Shown piece by piece: positions 19,798-28,173 of a stretch of DNA of 64,000 nt. Made by a program: the position numbers and the translations under genes. Origin of the DNA: Candidatus Moraniibacteriota bacterium. Its GTDB lineage: Bacteria > Patescibacteriota > Minisyncoccia > Moranbacterales > UBA1568. Below the pieces are notes generated by a model. That model did not search any database and was not told the origin of the DNA. It was given only the letters and a program-made list of their open reading frames with translations. Location: assembly GCA_013336285.1 (NCBI GenBank), contig JAAXTX010000001.1, positions 20,201 to 84,200 of the forward strand, in the 5' to 3' direction. Each line of letters starts with the position of its first letter. Within the stretch, counting starts at the first letter, position 1.

Positions 19798-22248
19798 CTA
19801 TTCAGAATTCCTGTACAGCCCCAACCGTTCTATGTACTCGACGACACCCCGAGGGACGAGATCGTCTATCGATTCACCTCTTGCCAGACGTTCCCGTACC
19901 ATGGTTCCCGACCCTATGATGGGACCCATACAAATCGATTCGGAAACGGGAGGCAATTCTCCGGGAGATATCTCGTGACCCGGACGATCGACGACCACCC
20001 ACTGCAGCGTCTTCCAGATGACCGGACCATGCGTCCAGGTCCTCTGGATATCGGACTTCCCATCAGCCCCCCTGGTGACAAGGTCGGAACCGACCGCGAA
20101 CCAGATATCGGCATCGGGATACCGCTCCGCATACCGCTCCGACAGATGATAACTCGGCGTATATGTCTTATCCCGGATGTCGGTCAGGTCCACGACGACA
20201 CGGTCCAGACCACCGAACGCGATTTCCGACATGACACCGCGATGCATCGGATCGATGACATTCGCAGACGCCTTGTCAGGGCGTTCCCCGCACGGCATCA
20301 CGATTACGAGATCGAACATTTCCGTGAGTACCTTCGCTATGCCGACATGGTGGTTACACGGCGAATTGAAGCTGCCTCCATAGACGGCGATTCTCCGCTT
20401 TCCTCCGTTCCAAGTGCGACCGGCAAGCAGATCCCGTTTCAGACGTTCGTACCGCAACGTCCGCATCACACCGAGCATCGATTCCCGGAAGTCATATCCG
20501 AACGATCTGCGGGACACCTTTATGATAGGTGGGGCCTGCACCCGTTTGCGGACGGAACCGATAAACAGCTCCCAACACCGCTCAAGGTCTTTGACGAACG
20601 TTTCCTTGGTCGGGAACAGTCGGTCCAGCGTTCCTGTATCGAGTTTCATTTCCGCTTCGAGCCGGCCGGTCGCATACAGGTTCAACACCCATTCCGGTCC
20701 CTTCAGGAATTCCACGAACGCCCGCACCAGCTCGTCATGATACCCGCGACGATGCAGGTTCCCATAATCGAACGGGTCGGCCCCCGTCTCTGAAAGCTCC
20801 GCCATCGGCGCTATCGTGAAACATCGATCCGGAATGACCGGGTTCGGGAATACCTTGCGGTTCATATGATCCGCCAACTGGTATACCTCACGTTTCACGA
20901 GATCGCCTATCGGAAGGACGAATCCTGCGATATCGCCGTACATGGTCCCATACCCGAACGCGAGCTCAACCTTGTTCCCGTTTCCGATGAACACCCCACC
21001 GATTTCCTCTGTCTTTGCGGCAAGGATCTCCATGCGTACACGTGCCTGGATATTCGAGTATGCCCGCGTACCGGGTTTACAACCCGCCTTTGCCGCGATC
21101 GCATCGACAAGTTCGCCGATAGGAATCGTTTCGACGGGAACATCCAAACGACGAGCGATATCATACACTAATCCGAGTGTTTCATCGGAAGTATTCTCCG
21201 TCGGCATCGTGACCAGGAACACATTTTCTTTTCCGAGCACCTTGACCGACAATGCCGCCGTAGTAGCGGAATCGATACCGCCCGAGAGCCCAATGACCAC
21301 CTTGCGCATCCCGGATGGAAGCGTTTGGAACTGTTCATAAAAGGCGAAACTCAGGGCATTATACAGATCGGACGTATCGTCCTGGTCCACCGAAGCTATC
21401 GATGGCATATTATCCGCGAAGGTGACATCGGATGTCCCGGAAACGTACGTTCCGGACACGTGCACGATCTTCCCCTGCGAATCATACACGGTCGAACATC
21501 CGTCGAACGTTATGATGTTCTTTCCGTTGTTCTGTATCCCCACGTTGTTCACGTAGATGAGCGGAACCTTGCATTCCGCAAGCAGCATGCGCGCGACCTC
21601 GTTTCGGACCAGGTTCTTATGCCAGTCGTACGGCGAAGAAGACAGGTTGATTATGATGTCCGCCCCTTCCTCCACCAGACGGGCTCCCGGATTGCAGGCA
21701 TGATGCGTATGCCACATGTCCTCGCATATGATGATTCCCAAACGGATCGTCTTTCCCTGGAAAGTCATCTTGATCGGACGAAACGACAGCGGGTCGCCCG
21801 ATTCGAACGATTCTTCCTTCCTGGAGAAGAAATGCCTGTCATCCTCGAATACGCCGTAGTTCGGATGATTCGTCTTGATGACCTGACCGAGCATTACCCC
21901 GTCCCGGACCGCGATCGCCGCGTTCGATATCCTTCGCCGCCCGTTCTTTCCAGTCTTCCCACTTGCGGCAACCAGACTTCCGAACACCACGACGATGTCC
22001 TTTCCGACCGTCGATTCGCGGATCCGATCGTTCCACTCGAGCACGTCGTCGACGAACCCGTCGTTCCCGAACACATCCCCAAGACAATACCCGGGCACGC
22101 TCAGTTCGGGAAACACGATCAGAGGGATGCCGCGCTTCTCGGCGTCGGCGATTTCACGGACGATATGCTCACCGTTCACCCGTGAATTCCCGGGAACGAT
22201 CTTCACCTGGCAGATCGCCGCCTTGAGTCCGTTCAACTTCCTATCCAT
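19798..22248 (-). CDS. nadE: glutamine-dependent NAD+ synthetase (CN-hydrolase + NAD synthetase domains) fused to a C-terminal NadD-like NaMN/NMN adenylyltransferase domain
   Basis: N-terminal nitrilase-like domain (PELSVPGYCLGD). Central PP-loop SGGIDS ATP-pyrophosphatase. C-terminal RIAVYGGSFNSPCNHHVGIAKVL nucleotidyltransferase (H/T-x-G-H-like) domain. 816 aa in a single ORF. Confidence 0.75.
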   Translation of the reverse strand: MDRKLNGLKAAICQVKIVPGNSRVNGEHIVREIADAEKRGIPLIVFPELSVPGYCLGDVFGNDGFVDDVLEWNDRIRESTVGKDIVVVFGSLVAASGKTGKNGRRRISNAAIAVRDGVMLGQVIKTNHPNYGVFEDDRHFFSRKEESFESGDPLSFRPIKMTFQGKTIRLGIIICEDMWHTHHACNPGARLVEEGADIIINLSSSPYDWHKNLVRNEVARMLLAECKVPLIYVNNVGIQNNGKNIITFDGCSTVYDSQGKIVHVSGTYVSGTSDVTFADNMPSIASVDQDDTSDLYNALSFAFYEQFQTLPSGMRKVVIGLSGGIDSATTAALSVKVLGKENVFLVTMPTENTSDETLGLVYDIARRLDVPVETIPIGELVDAIAAKAGCKPGTRAYSNIQARVRMEILAAKTEEIGGVFIGNGNKVELAFGYGTMYGDIAGFVLPIGDLVKREVYQLADHMNRKVFPNPVIPDRCFTIAPMAELSETGADPFDYGNLHRRGYHDELVRAFVEFLKGPEWVLNLYATGRLEAEMKLDTGTLDRLFPTKETFVKDLERCWELFIGSVRKRVQAPPIIKVSRRSFGYDFRESMLGVMRTLRYERLKRDLLAGRTWNGGKRRIAVYGGSFNSPCNHHVGIAKVLTEMFDLVIVMPCGERPDKASANVIDPMHRGVMSEIAFGGLDRVVVDLTDIRDKTYTPSYHLSERYAERYPDADIWFAVGSDLVTRGADGKSDIQRTWTHGPVIWKTLQWVVVDRPGHEISPGELPPVSESICMGPIIGSGTMVRERLARGESIDDLVPRGVVEYIERLGLYRNSE

Positions 22249-22387
22249 ATATGCCTCCTCTTTTTCCGAATGATTGTATAAAAGAACTTCCTTCTCGGCA
22301 CGGACCCGGACTCTTCCGGATCCCTGTTAAAAAGGGATGCGACGGGGAGGATATTCCTCCCCGAGGCATCATCGACATTTCACGCTT

Positions 22388-23488
22388 TCAAATCCTTACT
22401 GTCGACCTGACCATGTCCGACTGCTGATACGCCAACCCTGCCGCGAGCACATCGTATTCGTAACGGAACGCGACATCCTCGAGATCCGATTCGGAACGGA
22501 GCGCTTCCGCAAAGACGTCCGACGTGACATCGAGATCGATACAGAATACCTGGCTCGAGCCGCCCATCGTCCCGCAGAGAGTCGGATCCGACGAACTGAA
22601 CAGCTTGCCGAACCGCATCGTGGCGATATGTCCGTTTACCAGGACATGCGCCGGTTCGAGATGCCTGGCTACGATTTTCACGTCAAGCCCGGTTTCCTCA
22701 CCCAGTTCCCGGATAGCGGCATCCATCGGCGACTCGTAGTCTTCTATCGCTCCGCCGGGAATGGCGAGCCACCCTGGAAAATCCTTTTTCGACGGTTTTC
22801 TCCTGCCGCAAAGGATCATCTTTCCGTTCCCTCTCGATGAACGGCATCGGACGACGATATCCACCGTCTGCCTTCCCGGTATGAACGGCGTCCCCGCATC
22901 GGCGAGCGCCTCGCAGATCATACTGAATCCGCCGAAACTTCCCATAAGCGCGATCGTGCCGGTAGCCGCGATCTTTGCGAACGATTCGTAATCATTTCCC
23001 AGGATCGCGTTCCTCAGATCGGTCGCGTGATACGGAAAACGAAATTTCTCGGCCAGATCCTTCTCCGGATTGATGACGGACAGCGAGCCCGGTATGCCGC
23101 CGCGACTCCTGAATTCGGAAAGGATCTGCTCCTCGTTGCCGGTGACGTAATCCGTCACCCGCTCGAATCCGGGAAAGCCGGTCGTATGCGCCCACCACTT
23201 ATCGAAATCACCGGGAAAATCCTGCAGGTGCACGAAGGAGACTCGCTCGGAATCGATGCCTTCGTTGATCAGGCTCCACAGGATCATCTTCTCGCGGAAT
23301 ACCGCCAGGAGCGGGTGTTTCGACACGCCGACCTCGTAGCAACTCCCGATGCCGATCACGAGACTATCCACCTGTGTCAGGAGCCATACCATGAAAAGGA
23401 TATGCCCCTTATGCGGCGGACTGAATCGTCCGATGACGTATGCCGTCCTTCCGGTCGGTCCGGAAACGATATGAACCCCGTCTTCCAT
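22388..23488 (-). CDS. nadM: bifunctional NadM-type NMN adenylyltransferase / Nudix ADP-ribose pyrophosphatase
   Basis: N-terminal GRFSPPHKGH nucleotidyltransferase motif. C-terminal canonical Nudix box GGAIEDYESPMDAAIRELGEETG. Confidence 0.8.
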   Translation of the reverse strand: MEDGVHIVSGPTGRTAYVIGRFSPPHKGHILFMVWLLTQVDSLVIGIGSCYEVGVSKHPLLAVFREKMILWSLINEGIDSERVSFVHLQDFPGDFDKWWAHTTGFPGFERVTDYVTGNEEQILSEFRSRGGIPGSLSVINPEKDLAEKFRFPYHATDLRNAILGNDYESFAKIAATGTIALMGSFGGFSMICEALADAGTPFIPGRQTVDIVVRCRSSRGNGKMILCGRRKPSKKDFPGWLAIPGGAIEDYESPMDAAIRELGEETGLDVKIVARHLEPAHVLVNGHIATMRFGKLFSSSDPTLCGTMGGSSQVFCIDLDVTSDVFAEALRSESDLEDVAFRYEYDVLAAGLAYQQSDMVRSTVRI

Positions 23489-23606
23489 ATGAGCATTCTC
23501 CTTTTGGTTGCGATCCGATCCTTCCTAAGATCAGGTCTTTTTCTGAAAAAGAACTCATCAAGGGAAAGGTGCCGCGGGAAAATGTTCTTCCCCGCGGCCC
23601 GTTTCG

Positions 23607-24950
23607 TCATACAACTACAACCTGTTTTTTTGAGCCCTCTTCTCCAAATATTTTCTTGAAGAGGGCGACCCTATCCGCCGGGCCGGTCGCTTTTTCCGGA
23701 TTATCGGAAAGTTTCACCGCAGGCACCCCGTTCGCTTCTGATACCTTACAGACCATGGAAAACGGACGGAATAAACCGAATGCCCCGTCATTCCTCGGCC
23801 AGAGTCCGCGACAGTCGTTCCCGACGAGCGTCCCCCAGCCATATGACAATGTCCCGACCGCTGACGCGTTCTCACGAGAACAACCGAGCATGGTGTCAGT
23901 ATCGAGTCCGTCGCTCGGTAAAATCATCTTCGTCATCGGATCGACGCCGTGTCGCTTCCACCACTCAACGGTGACCCGGACAGCCTCGTTCGGCTCCATC
24001 GAGTCCGGACGGACTCCTTTCCAGTCCCTCGCGAACGACGCGGGCGCATGCCTATAGAAGTGAGCGGTCCCATACGTATCCGGAAGAAGGATACTCATAT
24101 CGGGGCCGAAGTAGTCGTACCACTTCTGTGACATGGTGAATGGCGCTTGAAATATCCTATCGTGATCATTCCCCGCCAGACACCCTTCGATCATATACAG
24201 CTCGTGAGCGTTCGTACCTTTCGGATTCGCGCTCCCATGCTGCATGGCCAGAAGGACATTCGAAGTCCCGAGACACTGCGACGGAAGCATTTCCGACATG
24301 TACCTCATCACGATCTCCTGGAAAAATCGGCTCTGTCTCCGCCTCGTATCGAAAAGGATGAAGGAAAGCGCGCGTTCCTCACGCAACGCCTTCGCCTTTT
24401 CGAAAAGCCTGGCGACCATACCCGTGTATATCGACAGAATCTCCGATGAGGAAAGCTTCGCGTTCAGGATCAGATGGTAGTAATAAAGCTCCGAAACGAT
24501 CACCATCGCAATTATTTCCCAGAACGTCACCTTCCATGAGGGACCGGTGAAGGTCAGAACATACCCGCCTTCCTGTTTCTCCAGTATGAATGGAGGCAAG
24601 ACCGGACGAGACATCTCTTCCAGAAAATCATCCGACCGGATCAGGCGAGTTCGCCCGTCACTTCCTGTCATTCCTGCCAGGAACGACCGTTCCGCCGGCG
24701 TAAGACAAAGAGCCCTTGCCGCCTCAAGTTGTTCACGAAGCACATCTTCCGGGATGATGTCGGCCAGACGGATATACTTGTCACGAATGATAAGCTTGAA
24801 GGTCGTCTCGACATCCCTGTATTCGGCATGATCGAAATAGAATACGGCCATGAACCATTTGTACACGTCCGTATCGATCAGGCTTTTGACGATCGCTTCC
24901 CCGTTCGGGATACAGAATATATCCCGCAGACCGAGCCCTTGTAATTTCAT
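23607..24950 (-). CDS. pncB: nicotinate (or nicotinamide) phosphoribosyltransferase, PncB-like
   Basis: N-terminal LIDTDVYKWFMAVFYF matches the LLDTD.YK motif of type II PRTases of the NAPRT/NAMPT family. 447 aa. Confidence 0.65.
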   Translation of the reverse strand: MKLQGLGLRDIFCIPNGEAIVKSLIDTDVYKWFMAVFYFDHAEYRDVETTFKLIIRDKYIRLADIIPEDVLREQLEAARALCLTPAERSFLAGMTGSDGRTRLIRSDDFLEEMSRPVLPPFILEKQEGGYVLTFTGPSWKVTFWEIIAMVIVSELYYYHLILNAKLSSSEILSIYTGMVARLFEKAKALREERALSFILFDTRRRQSRFFQEIVMRYMSEMLPSQCLGTSNVLLAMQHGSANPKGTNAHELYMIEGCLAGNDHDRIFQAPFTMSQKWYDYFGPDMSILLPDTYGTAHFYRHAPASFARDWKGVRPDSMEPNEAVRVTVEWWKRHGVDPMTKMILPSDGLDTDTMLGCSRENASAVGTLSYGWGTLVGNDCRGLWPRNDGAFGLFRPFSMVCKVSEANGVPAVKLSDNPEKATGPADRVALFKKIFGEEGSKKQVVVV

Positions 24951-25154
24951 GCTTTCCTCCTTTTTCGGTTGTAATTGATATGACTTTATAAAGAACCCTT
25001 CACCCCGAGAGGTCTCGGGATGGGAAGAGCGGGACCGATACGCATCCGTCCGGCCATTCCGCCATACTTTTCATCCCTTGCCTGAGCCAAAATTCGACGC
25101 AGAAGCAAGATTGGACGATAACATATATGAACAATGCTGTCAATTATCTCAATG

Positions 25155-25210
25155 GTCCGTTACTTAGTGTTGTATAAACAATATATATCAGTTATTACTG
25201 ATTGTCAAGA
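25155..25210 (-). promoter_or_regulatory. consensus sigma70-type promoter (-35 TTGACA, 17 nt, -10 TATATT) for the pncB-nadM-nadE... operon, with an operator-like ACACTAAGTAA half-site at the start site
   Basis: Minus-strand reading is tcTTGACAatcagtaataactgataTATATTgtttatacaacactaagtaacgg. Confidence 0.5.
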
Positions 25211-25330
25211 AATACATTCCGTTCCGTTCCCGGATACGAAACCGGGCAAGGGAACAGATGCGACGGCTATCTCCCTAAAGTACCGCAACAAGGTTATTCT
25301 TAAGCCATATTCCCCGTTCAATCATATCCG

Positions 25331-25380
25331 GATTTGACAGGATTTATATAGTGTGTATAATACACTTAGTAAGTTCACAA
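25331..25380 (+). promoter_or_regulatory. consensus sigma70-type promoter (-35 TTGACA, 16 nt, -10 TATAAT) with overlapping palindrome TAGTGTGTATAATACACT, driving the isochorismatase-vWA-PP2C-kinase operon
   Basis: gatTTGACAggatttatatagtgtgTATAATacacttagtaag is nearly identical to the pnuC promoter at 10380-10420. A third related motif, TACTTAGTGTGTTACTTAC, lies at 25508-25530. Confidence 0.55.
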
Positions 25381-25607
25381 GGGAAAGGACGGACAGGAAG
25401 ACGAAGGAGTCACTCAGACAACCGACGGGACCTATTTCATTCCCGGTATCGCTGCCTAAACGACTATTCCTCTCCCATACCGATGCCTTGGCATCGTATC
25501 TCCTTCCCTACTTAGTGTGTTACTTACATTATATAAGCATCTTTACAACTGGATAGGCAGACGAACAACATGGCCTGTTCGAAACGTCAACAAAAAAGGA
25601 GACTACG

Positions 25608-26423
25608 ATGAAAGCACATCTTCTCATCATCGATCCGCAGAATGATTTCATGGACAGTCCGAATTCATCCCTGCCCGTGACCGGTGCAAACGACGACATG
25701 CGTCGCGTCGCCACTCTCGTGAAGCGAGTCGGCAAAAGACTCGACGATATTCACGTCACGCTCGACTCACACCGCGTCATCGATGTCGGCCATCCCGGAA
25801 TGTGGAGGGATCAGGACGGCAATCAGCCGAATCCATTCACCATAATCGGATCGGACGACATCAGGAACCGTATCTGGGCACCCAGAAGGGAGCACCTCTG
25901 GAAAAAAATGCTCGAATACGCGTTGGCGCTTGAGGCGGGGAAGAAATACCCGCTCATGGTCTGGCCCGAACACTGCGTTATCGGCACACCGGGACACAAT
26001 GTCCAGGCGGAACTGATGGCGGCGCTCATGGAGTGGGAACGCAAGGAATTCGCGAATGTCGACTACGTCGCGAAGGGCACGAACGCTTTCACGGAGCACT
26101 ACGGCGCGCTCATGGCCGAGGTTCCCGATCCGGACGACCCTTCGACCGGACTCAATGTCGGACTGCTCACGGTCCTCGCGGAAGCAGACATCATCGGCAT
26201 CGCCGGGGAGGCGCTCAGCCACTGCGTGAAGTCTACCGTCGATCAGATCGCGGAGAATATCGGCGAGGAACACATCAAGAAGTTCCATATCCTGACCGAC
26301 TGTACCAGTCCCGTTTCCAAAGTCGGCGACGGACCTGACTTTCCCGCCATTGCGGGCGAGTGGCTCGACGACATGAAAAAGCGCGGTGCGAAACTCGTCA
26401 CATCGGAAAACTTCCTACCCTGA
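25608..26423 (+). CDS. isochorismatase-family hydrolase (second PncA-like paralog)
   Basis: LLIIDPQNDF N-terminal motif. Catalytic-Cys region IIGIAGEALSHCVKSTVDQIA. SD AAAGGAG upstream. Confidence 0.6.
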   Translation: MKAHLLIIDPQNDFMDSPNSSLPVTGANDDMRRVATLVKRVGKRLDDIHVTLDSHRVIDVGHPGMWRDQDGNQPNPFTIIGSDDIRNRIWAPRREHLWKKMLEYALALEAGKKYPLMVWPEHCVIGTPGHNVQAELMAALMEWERKEFANVDYVAKGTNAFTEHYGALMAEVPDPDDPSTGLNVGLLTVLAEADIIGIAGEALSHCVKSTVDQIAENIGEEHIKKFHILTDCTSPVSKVGDGPDFPAIAGEWLDDMKKRGAKLVTSENFLP

Positions 26424-26471
26424 ACCGGGTCACGGAACGGTATAACTAACAGTTTAAAAATGGAGGCAATC

Positions 26472-27218
26472 ATGCCAAGACTCGAAGAAGGAATGGAACA
26501 GCACCGGATCGGCGGATCGAACTTCACCTTTCAGGGAACCCGAATCGACCGACTCGGAGCGACGGAATATACGCTCGTCACAATAGCAATCGATGTGACC
26601 GGATCGACCTCGAACTTCGCGGACGAACTTCGCGAAGCCCTCATAGCGGCGGTGCGATCCTGTAAGAAATCTCCGAGAGCCGATTACCTGATGATCCGCG
26701 TGATACTGTTCTCAAGCAGCATCGGCGTACGCGAGATACACGGTTTCAAGGAGCTTGCCGACATCGATCCGAACGCTTATGCGGCATTCAAACCGGACGG
26801 TTTCACACCGCTCTACGATGCCGCCTACTCGGGCATCGGCGCGATGGTCGACTACGGCGCACACCTGATGGAAAACGATTACCTGACCAACGGCATCATC
26901 TTCATCATCACTGACGGCGGGGATAACGATTCCAAAACGGCATCCCCCGCCATGATCAGGCAGAAGCTTGAGGAGGTGAAACTCGAGGAGAAACTCGAGT
27001 CGCTGGTCAGTATCCTGATCGGAGTGAACGCCCGACAGGCGAAGTCGCTCCTGGAGGATTTCCAAAGGGAGGCGGGTATCGGAAAGTACATCGACCTCGA
27101 GGATGCCTCCGAAGGGTCGCTCGCGAAATTGGCCGAATTCGTCTCACGGTCCGTATCGAGCCAGTCTCAGGCGGTCGGCACCGGCGGACCGAGCCAGAAC
27201 ATATCAGCCGTCATCTGA
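26472..27218 (+). CDS. vWA domain protein (TerY-like)
   Basis: MIDAS-like DVTGSTS, plus IFIITDGGDND. ~250 aa. First gene of a vWA-PP2C-kinase triad. Start set at the Met placed 6 nt after a GGAGG. Confidence 0.65.
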   Translation: MPRLEEGMEQHRIGGSNFTFQGTRIDRLGATEYTLVTIAIDVTGSTSNFADELREALIAAVRSCKKSPRADYLMIRVILFSSSIGVREIHGFKELADIDPNAYAAFKPDGFTPLYDAAYSGIGAMVDYGAHLMENDYLTNGIIFIITDGGDNDSKTASPAMIRQKLEEVKLEEKLESLVSILIGVNARQAKSLLEDFQREAGIGKYIDLEDASEGSLAKLAEFVSRSVSSQSQAVGTGGPSQNISAVI

Positions 27219-27294
27219 ACCGGCAAACCTGCACAAGGGGGTGACGAAGAATTCGTCGCCCCTTCTTATTGTAAAACAAAAAAAGGAGTCTGCC

Positions 27295-28173
27295 ATGAGC
27301 ACGATATTTTCGACTGATCACTATTTCCACATCGGCGAGTGGCATTCCCACGCCGGTAAACCATGTCAGGATCACGCCCTTTCGGAAGTCGGGAGTCGGT
27401 CGGCATTCATCAGTATAGCCGACGGATGTTCCAGCGGAAAAGAGACGGACATCGGCGCTCGGATCCTGAATCTCTCGACATTGGCCGCGCTCAGGGAAGA
27501 AACGCATTCCCATGAAAACCTCTCCGAGGTCGGCGCCGGAAGGATCGCGATGAGGCAGGAGCTTCTTCTCGAACAAGCGGGCAATCTGCTCGGACTCAAG
27601 GAGGATGACTTGCTCGCGACATGTCTACATGCGGCGTTGAACGAGGACGGGGGTTACGTATCAGTGCAAGGCGACGGAGTCGTCGCGATCAAGTTTCACG
27701 ACGGAAGACTTCTCCTCCGCCGATTCGAATGGGCGAACAATATGCCGTTCTATCCGGCTTATCGAAGCAGACGACTCCAGGATTTTATCTCCGCGCATGG
27801 CGGAGATGTCGATGCGCTACGATTCTCGGAAACGATATGGACAGGAAACGGGGCCGGGGGGTGGGAACAGGAAACCGTTCTTGAACACCGTATCAGGGAC
27901 GGGATCGAGGGAATAGTCATTCCGCTCGCCCGAGGAGAAGAGATCGAATTCGTCGCCCTCTTCTCGGACGGGGTCACGCAGATGAAAGAATTGGATTGGA
28001 AAGAGGCGGTCTGCCGGTTTACGGCATTCAAAAGTACGGCCGGAGAATTCCTCAAGCGTCGTATGATACGCGCCATCGGCGAGTCGGAACGGGCCGGCGG
28101 CGGACCGCTCGACGACATCGCATGCGCCATCATACGCAGTGAAACGAAAAAACAAACGGAGGAAAAGACATGA
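27295..28173 (+). CDS. PP2C-family Ser/Thr protein phosphatase
   Basis: ISIADGCSSGKETD (PP2C metal-binding D-G motif). Later acidic motifs SDGV and DDI. AAGGAG SD. Its stop overlaps the kinase start (ATGA). Confidence 0.7.
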   Translation: MSTIFSTDHYFHIGEWHSHAGKPCQDHALSEVGSRSAFISIADGCSSGKETDIGARILNLSTLAALREETHSHENLSEVGAGRIAMRQELLLEQAGNLLGLKEDDLLATCLHAALNEDGGYVSVQGDGVVAIKFHDGRLLLRRFEWANNMPFYPAYRSRRLQDFISAHGGDVDALRFSETIWTGNGAGGWEQETVLEHRIRDGIEGIVIPLARGEEIEFVALFSDGVTQMKELDWKEAVCRFTAFKSTAGEFLKRRMIRAIGESERAGGGPLDDIACAIIRSETKKQTEEKT

